The notes under the pieces are model-generated. The model worked only from the letters and a program-made list of their open reading frames with translations, ran no database searches and was not told the origin of the DNA. 64,000 bases of DNA from Betaproteobacteria bacterium (GTDB lineage Bacteria; Pseudomonadota; Gammaproteobacteria; Burkholderiales; Casimicrobiaceae). The number at the start of each line of letters is the position of its first letter. Position 1 is the stretch's first letter. The translations under genes were made by a program, and so were the position numbers. The stretch covers positions 499,643 to 563,642 of the forward strand of contig JADKKQ010000003.1 in assembly GCA_016720425.1 (NCBI GenBank), written 5' to 3'. Shown piece by piece: positions 54,689 to 64,000 of this stretch.

Positions 54689-57600
54689 ATGAACGATCAA
54701 GGCTACCTGCGTCAACCCACGCTGGCGGGCGACACCCTGGTCTTCGTCTGCGACGACGACCTGTGGAGCGTGTCGGCCGACGGCGGCACCGCCCGGCGCC
54801 TGACCGCGGGGCTGGGCGAGCCTTCGACCCCCTGCCTGTCGCCGGACGGCCGCTGGATCGCCTACGTCGGTCGCGACGAACAGCACCCCGAGGTCTACGT
54901 GATGCCGGCGGAAGGCGGCCCGGCGCGACGGCTGACGTTCCTCGGCCCGGACGTGATGGTGCGCGGCTGGACGCGCGACGGCCACATCCTCTTCGTCACC
55001 ACGCAGGGGCAGCCGTTCTTCCGCAACTACCGTGCGCACACGATCGACCCCGCGGGCGGGCTGCCGCGACGGCTGCCGCTGGGGCAGGTCAACCACCTCG
55101 CCTTCGGCCCCGGTGACGCCTGCGTGATCGGCCGCAACACCGCCGATCCGGCGCGCTGGAAGCGCTATCGCGGCGGCACCGCAGGTCACCTGTGGGTCGA
55201 CGCCCGGGGCGACGGCCAGTTCCGCCGGATGACCGAGCTGGCCGGCAACATCACCTGCCCGATGTGGATCGGCGAACGGATCTTCTTCCTCTCCGACGGC
55301 GAGGGCGTCGGCAACGTCTACTCGTGCCTCCCCGACGGCTCGGCGCTGCGGCGCCACACCGATCACGACGACTACTACGCGCGCCACGCGCAGTCCGACG
55401 GCGAGCGCATCGTGTACCAGTGCGGCGCGCGCCTCTGGTGCCTCGATCCGCGGAGCGGAACGACGCGGCCGCTGGACATCCGCACGCCGGGCCATCGCAC
55501 GCAGGCCGCACGACGGTTCGTCGCCGCCGCCGACTACCTGCAGGGTTTCAACCTGCACCCTGCCGGGCACAGTCTCGCCGTGGAGGTGCGCGGCAAGCCG
55601 TTCACGTTCGGCCTGTGGGAGGGTGCGGTCCGCCAATGGGGCGCCGACGACGGACGGCGCCGGCACGGCCAGTGGCTGGCGGACGGCCGGACGTTCATCG
55701 CCGGCTGCGACGCGTCGGGCGAGGATCGACTGGAGGTGCTGCGCGACGGAACGACGACGACGCTGCCCTGGGACACCGGACGCATCGTCGCGATGACGGC
55801 CGCGCCGCGCGGTGCGCGGGTCGCGATCGCCAATCACCGCAACGAAGTGCTGGTGGGCGACGTCGACACCGGCGAACTGCACGTCGCCGACCGCAGCGAC
55901 CACGGGCGCAGCGAGAGCCTCGCGTGGTCGCCGGACGGCGCCTGGCTCGCCTACCCGTCGTGGACCAGCGCCCGCCACGTCGCGATCAAGCTGCACGAGA
56001 TCGCCACCCGCACGTCGACGCTGGTGACGCAGCCGGACTTCCGCGACTACAGTCCGGCCTTCGATCCTGCGGGCAAGTACCTCTACTTCCTGTCGGTGCG
56101 CACCTTCGACCCGGTCTACGACAGCGTGCAGTTCGAGCTGTCGTTTCCGCGCGCGGCGCGACCCTACCTGGTCGCGCTGCAGGCCGACGGCGCGCCGCCC
56201 TTCGAGCCGCTGCCGCGCGCCTTCGGCCCCCCGGACACCCGCGGTGCGGCATCCGATGCGCGCCGCGCGGACGACCCGAAGCCGGTGGCCGCGACCCGGG
56301 TGGACCTCGACGGCATCGCCGCGCGCGTGGCCCCCTTCCCGGTCCCGGAAAGCCGCTACGGGCAGATCGCCGGGGTGGTCGGCGGCAAGGTGCTGTGGAC
56401 GCACCAGACGGTGGTCGGCGCGCACGGCCGGGGCGGACACAAGGAGGAAGCGGGTCGGCTCGAACTCTTCGACTTCGCCACGCTGCGCGCCGAGACGATG
56501 CTGGAGCGCGTCGATCAGTTCGCGGTGAATGCCGACGGCACCGCGCTGGTCGCGCGGGACGGCAAGAAGCTGCGCGCCATCGCCGCCGACCGCAAGCCCG
56601 AGGAAGGCGGCGGCGAGACGCCGTCGCGCAAGTCCGGCTGGATCGATCTCGGCCGGATCCGCGCGTCGGTGACCCCGCGCAACGAATGGCGGCAGATGCT
56701 GCGCGAAGTCTGGCGGCTGCAGCGCGATCACTTCTGGACCGCGGACCTGTCCGGCGTCGACTGGAACGCGGTCTACGCGCTGTACGCGCCGCTGCTCGAA
56801 CGGGTGGCCACGCGCGGCGAGCTCTCCGATCTCATCTGGGAAATGCAGGGCGAGCTCGGCACCTCGCACGCCTACGAGATGGGCGGCGACTACCGCAAGC
56901 CCCCCGCGCTCCTGCTGGGGCACCTCGGTGCCGAGCTGGCGCCGGCGGCGGATGGCGACAGCTACACCATCGCCCGCATCGTCTGCGGCGACGCGTGGGA
57001 AGCGGGCGCCGATTCGCCGCTGAACGCCATCGGCGTGCAGGCGCGCGCGGGCGAACGCATCGTGGCGGTCAACGGCCAGCCGGTCTCGCGCACGGTGCCG
57101 CCGCAGGCGCTGCTCGTGCACCAGGCAGGCGCCAAGGTCGAGTTGACGCTGGCGAGCGACCAGGACGGCGGCACCGTCACCCGCACGGTGCTCGTCCACA
57201 CGCTCGCCGACGAAGTCCCCGCGCTCTACCGCGAGTGGGTCGAGCGCAACCGGTCGTGGGTGCACGAAGAGTCGCAGGGCCGCGTCGGCTACCTGCACCT
57301 GCCCGACATGCAGGCGGCGGGCTTCGCCGAATTCCATCGCTATTTCGCCGGCGAGTCCGACCGCGAGGCGCTGATCGTCGACCTGCGCTACAACCGCGGC
57401 GGCCACGTCTCGCAGCTGCTGCTGGAGAAGTTCGCGCGCAAGCGCATCGCCTACGGCACCGCACGCTGGATGCGGCCGTCGCCGTATCCCGACGAGGCGC
57501 CGCTGGGACCGGTCGTGGCGCTGACCAACGAGCACGCGGGCTCCGACGGCGACATCTTCTCGCACAACTTCAAGCAGATGCAGATCGGCCCGCTGGTGGG

Positions 57601-57907
57601 CACGCGGACCTGGGGCGGCGTCGTCGGCATCTGGCCGCGGCACGCGCTGGCGGACGGCTCGTCGACCACGCAGCCGGAGTTCTCGTTCTGGTTCAGCGAC
57701 GTCGGCTTCGGCGTGGAAAACTACGGCACCGACCCGCAGGTCGAGGTCGACAACGCGCCGCAGGACGCCGTCGCCGGATGCGACCGGCAGCTGGAGAAAG
57801 CGCTCTCCGTCGCACTGGAAGAGATCGCGAAGGCCCGCCCCGGGGTGCCCGATTTCGGACCGCGGCCGCAGCTCGCGCGCGGGCCGTTGCCGCCGCGCAA
57901 GGCGTAG
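54689..57907 (+). CDS. Tricorn-protease-like S41 peptidase (TolB-like beta-propellers, PDZ, S41 domain)
   Basis: MNDQGYLRQPTLAGDTLVFVCDDDLWSVSADGG...SPDGRWIAYV. C-terminal S41 region YNRGGHVSQLLLE...NEHAGSDGDIFS. Confidence 0.88.
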   Translation: MNDQGYLRQPTLAGDTLVFVCDDDLWSVSADGGTARRLTAGLGEPSTPCLSPDGRWIAYVGRDEQHPEVYVMPAEGGPARRLTFLGPDVMVRGWTRDGHILFVTTQGQPFFRNYRAHTIDPAGGLPRRLPLGQVNHLAFGPGDACVIGRNTADPARWKRYRGGTAGHLWVDARGDGQFRRMTELAGNITCPMWIGERIFFLSDGEGVGNVYSCLPDGSALRRHTDHDDYYARHAQSDGERIVYQCGARLWCLDPRSGTTRPLDIRTPGHRTQAARRFVAAADYLQGFNLHPAGHSLAVEVRGKPFTFGLWEGAVRQWGADDGRRRHGQWLADGRTFIAGCDASGEDRLEVLRDGTTTTLPWDTGRIVAMTAAPRGARVAIANHRNEVLVGDVDTGELHVADRSDHGRSESLAWSPDGAWLAYPSWTSARHVAIKLHEIATRTSTLVTQPDFRDYSPAFDPAGKYLYFLSVRTFDPVYDSVQFELSFPRAARPYLVALQADGAPPFEPLPRAFGPPDTRGAASDARRADDPKPVAATRVDLDGIAARVAPFPVPESRYGQIAGVVGGKVLWTHQTVVGAHGRGGHKEEAGRLELFDFATLRAETMLERVDQFAVNADGTALVARDGKKLRAIAADRKPEEGGGETPSRKSGWIDLGRIRASVTPRNEWRQMLREVWRLQRDHFWTADLSGVDWNAVYALYAPLLERVATRGELSDLIWEMQGELGTSHAYEMGGDYRKPPALLLGHLGAELAPAADGDSYTIARIVCGDAWEAGADSPLNAIGVQARAGERIVAVNGQPVSRTVPPQALLVHQAGAKVELTLASDQDGGTVTRTVLVHTLADEVPALYREWVERNRSWVHEESQGRVGYLHLPDMQAAGFAEFHRYFAGESDREALIVDLRYNRGGHVSQLLLEKFARKRIAYGTARWMRPSPYPDEAPLGPVVALTNEHAGSDGDIFSHNFKQMQIGPLVGTRTWGGVVGIWPRHALADGSSTTQPEFSFWFSDVGFGVENYGTDPQVEVDNAPQDAVAGCDRQLEKALSVALEEIAKARPGVPDFGPRPQLARGPLPPRKA

Positions 57908-57947
57908 CCGGCCTGCGGCCCGTCGGTGTGCGGTTCGCGGCTCCGGA

Positions 57948-60569
<2,622 letters not shown>

Positions 60570-60707
60570 GGCGGTCGCGGGTCCGGTCGGGCACGCGCGA
60601 GTCGGAAGCGTCTCGCGTCGCACGGTTCGCACTTCGGGGAAAACCCGTGATTTTACGCGGACTCGCGCAGCCGCGCCAAACCGCCCGCGGTCGCGCCGGC
60701 GGCCGGG

Positions 60708-61181
60708 TCAGCGCCCGGGGACGAAGCGTCGGACGGCCGCCGGAAGCTGCGCCAGCAGCGCCTCCGCGACGACGCCCCAATCGATGCCGTCGAGCAGGTT
60801 CTTGACGGTCAGGCCGAGGTCGGTGTCGCCCTCGACCTGCAGCCGGCGGGCGAAGAACAGCGTGTCCGGGTCCTCTTCGCGCAGGCCCAGCGCGATGAAG
60901 TCGCGCACGGTGGCGGTGATCGACAGGTCGGGTGCGAACGGCGGCGCGGCGGGGCGGAATCCCGACGGCGTGCTCTCGAAATGCACGGTGAGCCCGAGGT
61001 CGCGGGCGCAAAGCGCGAATCGCCGTCCGACCAGCGGCCCGAGCGCGTCGCGGGGAACGATCCGCCCGGTGCCGAAATCGAGCGCGCGGGACAGCGCCCA
61101 GGCAGCCGGCCACATCGGCAACCGCGAGACCACCGCCGCCACCGGGGCCGGAAAGGTGAACGGCGGCAGCTTCGGTCGCAT
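60708..61181 (-). CDS. ubiT: SCP2-domain ubiquinone anaerobic biosynthesis accessory factor
   Basis: Internal start MRPKLPPFTFPAPVAAVV. SCP2-like FARRLQVEGDTDLGLTVKNLLD. Immediately downstream of ubiU-ubiV. Confidence 0.78.
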   Translation of the reverse strand: MRPKLPPFTFPAPVAAVVSRLPMWPAAWALSRALDFGTGRIVPRDALGPLVGRRFALCARDLGLTVHFESTPSGFRPAAPPFAPDLSITATVRDFIALGLREEDPDTLFFARRLQVEGDTDLGLTVKNLLDGIDWGVVAEALLAQLPAAVRRFVPGR

Positions 61182-61189
61182 CGGCGCCC

Positions 61190-62152
61190 TCACCCGCCGG
61201 CCGCGACCAGCTCGGCGCCCGGCCGGCCGTGCCAGAAGCCGTTGCACGGCGGACCCGGCAACAGCGCCTGCGTCTGCGCCGCTGCGTCCGCCGCAGCGAC
61301 GCGGCGCTCCAGCACCGCGCGGAACAGCGCCAGCACGGCGCCGGTCCCTTCGCCCTGCGGGCTCACCCGGACGATGTCGACGCCGGCGGCGGCGAGCAGC
61401 GGCAACTCGGCGACCAGCGTGCAGACGGCGGCCGATTGCGTCTCGATGCCGTTGAGATTGAGGAACGGCACCCCCTCGCGCGTGCGCAGCGGCAGGCCGT
61501 CGGCCAGACCGAGGCAGCGGTATTCGCACTGGTCCTTCTGCAGGCCGTAGTGGCGGGCGGTGAAGCAGCGGGCCGAGTACGCGAGCGGCAGCCGGCCCCA
61601 GGCCTGCACCTCGGTCTCGATCCCGGCAGGCGCCGCGGCGCGCAGGGCGGCCAGCGTCGCGCCGGCGAGCTCGGGCGGGCTCACCCAGCGCATCGCGCCG
61701 TCGCCGGCGAGCAGCGCCAGCGCCTGCGGGCCGAACACGTTGAGCGTCGAGCCGGCGACGAAGCCCTCCTGGGGGCGGCGCTCGGCCAGCAGGCGCACCG
61801 CGCCCATGTCGTTGGCTTCGACGCGAAAGCGCGCCTGTTCGACGATCCGGCGCGTGAGCCGCAGGTCGGCCTCGGCCTCGATCAGCGGCAGCGTCGAGAG
61901 CACGACCTCGATGCCGCGGGCGGCGAGCAGGTCGGCGATCTCCAGCCAGTCGGCGAGGCGCAGCTCGTGCCGGCGGGCGCACACCGCCTCGCCCAGGTAG
62001 ACGATGTCCACCGGCGCCTCGGCGACCTCGGCGTAGAAGTCGAGCACCGCCTGCCGCGGCCAGTAATAGCGCAGCGGCCCCAGCGAGATCTTCATCGTCG
62101 GCGGCGTCGTGCCGGAGGTCGCCGCGCTGGCGCGGGGCAGGCGGTCGTCCAT
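61190..62152 (-). CDS. ubiV: U32-family protein UbiV (O2-independent ubiquinone hydroxylation)
   Basis: [13 protein letters not shown]...[10 protein letters not shown] and C-x13-C-x4-C ([18 protein letters not shown]). ATG at 62152, or at 62095 if it starts at MKISLGP. Confidence 0.85.
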   Translation of the reverse strand: MDDRLPRASAATSGTTPPTMKISLGPLRYYWPRQAVLDFYAEVAEAPVDIVYLGEAVCARRHELRLADWLEIADLLAARGIEVVLSTLPLIEAEADLRLTRRIVEQARFRVEANDMGAVRLLAERRPQEGFVAGSTLNVFGPQALALLAGDGAMRWVSPPELAGATLAALRAAAPAGIETEVQAWGRLPLAYSARCFTARHYGLQKDQCEYRCLGLADGLPLRTREGVPFLNLNGIETQSAAVCTLVAELPLLAAAGVDIVRVSPQGEGTGAVLALFRAVLERRVAAADAAAQTQALLPGPPCNGFWHGRPGAELVAAGG

Positions 62153-62167
62153 CGTCCGCTCAGCCTC

Positions 62168-63181
62168 TCAGCGCCAGGGGCGCGAGTAGGCGCCCAGCGT
62201 CTGCGTCTGCCCCTCGGCCAGCCGATTGAGCTCGGCGTGCCACGCGGGATCGACGGTGAAGGACGACGGCGCCGCGCTGCAGCGATCGATCGCCGCGCGC
62301 CAGACGCGCGTCACCTGCGCCACGTAGGCGGGGCTGCGCTGCCGCCCCTCGATCTTGATCGCCCGCACGCCGGCGGCGATCAGCGCCGGCAGCAGGTCCA
62401 GCGTGTTGAGGCTGGTCGGCTCCTCGAGCGCATAGTAGGTCGAGCCCTCGACGTCGAAGCGGCCCTTGCACAGCGTCGGGTAGCCGGGACGCTCGGCACC
62501 GGTGAATTCGTCGATCAGGAAGCCGTTGAGGCGGGTGCGCATGCCGTCGGGCAGCGGCTCCCAGCGCACCGCCTTGGCCGGCGAGCACACGCCCTGGCAG
62601 TTGGGCGACGACCCGGTCGCGTACGCCGACAGCGCGCAGCGGCCCTCGACCATCACGCACAGGCTGCCGTAGCCGAACACCTCGATCTCGACGTCGGTGT
62701 GCGCGATCGTGTGCTCGACCTGCGCCAGCGACAAGACGCGCGGCAGCACCGCGCGCCGGATGCCGAAGCGCTCGCGGTAATAGTTGATCGCCTCGTAGTT
62801 GGTCGCCGAGGCCTGGACGGAGAGGTGCAGCCGCAGCGAAGGATGCGTGCGCGCGGCATACGCCAGCAGTCCCACGTCGGCGCAGATGATCGCATCGACG
62901 CCCTGCGCCGCCGCGCGATCGACCGCCCGGGTCCAGCGCGGCCAGCCCTCCGGCGACGGGAAGGTGTTGAGCGCGACCAGCACGCGGCAGTCGCGACGAT
63001 GCGCGTAGGCGACGCCGGCCGCCAGCGCCGCGTCGTCGAAGTTGAGGCCGGCGAAGGCCCGCGCATTGGTCTCGTCGCGAAAGCCGACGTAGACGCAATC
63101 GGCGCCGTGGTCGACGGCTGCCTTCAGCGCCGGCAGCCCGCCCGCGGGGCAGACGAGTTCGGGAGGTGACGGGAGGGGCAA
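62168..63181 (-). CDS. ubiU: U32-family protein UbiU
   Basis: PELVCPAGGLPALKAAVDHGADCVYVGFRDETNARAFAGLNF (very like my recollection of the E. coli YhbU N-terminus). Cys pattern C-x6-C-x16-C (CVMVEGRCALSAYATGSSPNCQGVC). TTG start. Confidence 0.88.
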   Translation of the reverse strand: MPLPSPPELVCPAGGLPALKAAVDHGADCVYVGFRDETNARAFAGLNFDDAALAAGVAYAHRRDCRVLVALNTFPSPEGWPRWTRAVDRAAAQGVDAIICADVGLLAYAARTHPSLRLHLSVQASATNYEAINYYRERFGIRRAVLPRVLSLAQVEHTIAHTDVEIEVFGYGSLCVMVEGRCALSAYATGSSPNCQGVCSPAKAVRWEPLPDGMRTRLNGFLIDEFTGAERPGYPTLCKGRFDVEGSTYYALEEPTSLNTLDLLPALIAAGVRAIKIEGRQRSPAYVAQVTRVWRAAIDRCSAAPSSFTVDPAWHAELNRLAEGQTQTLGAYSRPWR

Positions 63182-63229
63182 GTTGGCGGACCGGGACGAC
63201 CCGCGAGTGCAGCCGCAGGCCAGTCGATC

Positions 63230-63271
63230 ATGCTAGCGGCACGGCCGGCCGCAGGCCTTGATGGGAGTCAA
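63230..63271 (-). promoter_or_regulatory. Candidate class II FNR-dependent promoter of ubiUVT
   Basis: TTGAT-N4-GTCAA at 63258-63271. TAGCAT (63230-63235 on the gene strand) lies exactly 22 nt downstream, the same geometry as the nap promoter. The box centre is about 83 nt upstream of the ubiU start. Confidence 0.5.
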
Positions 63272-63327
63272 GGAAGCCTGCGCGCGGGGCCGCCGGCAAG
63301 GGCTGCGGCCGCGGCGCAGGGGTGGGG

Positions 63328-63834
63328 TCAGCCGGCGCCGTCGTCGCTGCCGCCCGCCTCGTCGGCGCTCGGCGGATCGCGCAGCAGACGGAAGATCGCG
63401 GACAGCGCGAACCCGCGGCTTTGCAGGAAGCGGACCTGCCGCGCCTTCTCGCGATCGTCGGCGGGTGCGCGCCCGAAGCGCCGCCGCCACAGCGCGGCCA
63501 GCGCGGTGGCGTCGTCGATCGGGCTGTCGGCCAGCGCGGCCCGGGCCGCGTCGGCGGTGACGCCCTTCTGCTTCAGCGTGTCGGCGATCGCGCGCTGCGC
63601 ATAGGCACCCTGCTTCTGGCGGACGACGGCGTGGGCGAAGCGCGCGTCGGACAGGAAGCCCAGCGCCGCCAGCTCGTCGAGCAGCGCCTCGGTCGCCTCG
63701 CGGTCGGCACCGGTGGCGAGCAGCCGCTCGCGCAGTTCGGCGCGCGAGTGTTCGCGGCGCGCCAAGAGGCCGATCGCCCGCGCCTTCAGCGTCTTGGGCG
63801 GTCGGGCGGCCCGGGGCGGACGCGGGTTCGACAT
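63328..63834 (-). CDS. recX: RecA regulator RecX
   Basis: ARAIGLLARREHSRAELRERLL...LDELAALGFLSDARFAHAVVRQ. 168 aa, downstream of the recA 3' end. Confidence 0.9.
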   Translation of the reverse strand: MSNPRPPRAARPPKTLKARAIGLLARREHSRAELRERLLATGADREATEALLDELAALGFLSDARFAHAVVRQKQGAYAQRAIADTLKQKGVTADAARAALADSPIDDATALAALWRRRFGRAPADDREKARQVRFLQSRGFALSAIFRLLRDPPSADEAGGSDDGAG

Positions 63835-63916
63835 CAGCCGCGCGACCGCCGCGACCGCGCACCGGCACGGCGACCGCCACCGGCGCCGCGGGCTGCGGTC
63901 GGGGCCGACGCGCCGG

Positions 63917-64000
63917 TCATTCGTCGGGCGCAGCCTCGCCCTTGGCGCGCAGCGCGCCGGGCTGCGGGACGCCGACCGCCGCCCGGATCTTGGCTTCGAT
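63917..64000 (-). CDS. recA: Recombinase RecA, C-terminal 27 codons only (gene continues past the window edge)
   Basis: Reverse translation IEAKIRAAVGVPQPGALRAKGEAAPDE-stop. Position upstream of recX. The call rests mainly on synteny. Confidence 0.55.
   Translation of the reverse strand: MEAKIRAAVGVPQPGALRAKGEAAPDE

Overview
High-GC (about 70% by eye, not computed), gene-dense chromosomal segment. Its gene content looks like a facultatively anaerobic, nitrate-respiring Betaproteobacterium (Rhodocyclales/Burkholderiales-like; the taxon is inference only). I support about 55 protein genes. They include two TRAP transporter operons, a MacAB-type efflux set, three two-component pairs, a tightly packed glcD-glcE-glcF/ispDF block, a napDAGHB periplasmic nitrate reductase operon, ubiU-ubiV-ubiT (O2-independent ubiquinone synthesis), alaS, recX, the recA 3' end, comEC and a tricorn-like protease. 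I recognised no rRNA, tRNA, CRISPR array, transposase, integrase, phage or defence-system gene, so this reads as core chromosome rather than an accessory island. I cannot point to a clear novel multi-gene machine. The most system-like unexplained feature is at 4.0-10.0 kb: a Hanks Ser/Thr kinase ending in a HAMP domain sits divergent from a class III nucleotide cyclase fused to an FHA domain. That kinase is translationally coupled to a LysM-like polysaccharide-deacetylase lipoprotein, followed by a C14 homopolymer tract and two TPR lipoproteins. Other items worth a second look: (1) a ~50-bp repeat family found four times, always co-oriented with and directly 5' of a gene start, ending in a Shine-Dalgarno-like GAAGG/GGAGG; (2) two FNR-type boxes with identical geometry (box, 22 nt, TAGCAT) in front of napD and ubiU; (3) REP-like 42-bp tandem repeats inside the nap operon; (4) a PAS-GGDEF-hemerythrin protein next to nap; (5) three genes (GntR-type regulator, OmpR/CpxR-type response regulator, PQQ-type sugar dehydrogenase) each broken by a 1-nt indel at a short homopolymer. 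The third group may be assembly errors rather than biology. Many long ORFs in the supplied track are high-GC shadow ORFs and were rejected. Note that the track prints GTG/TTG starts as M.
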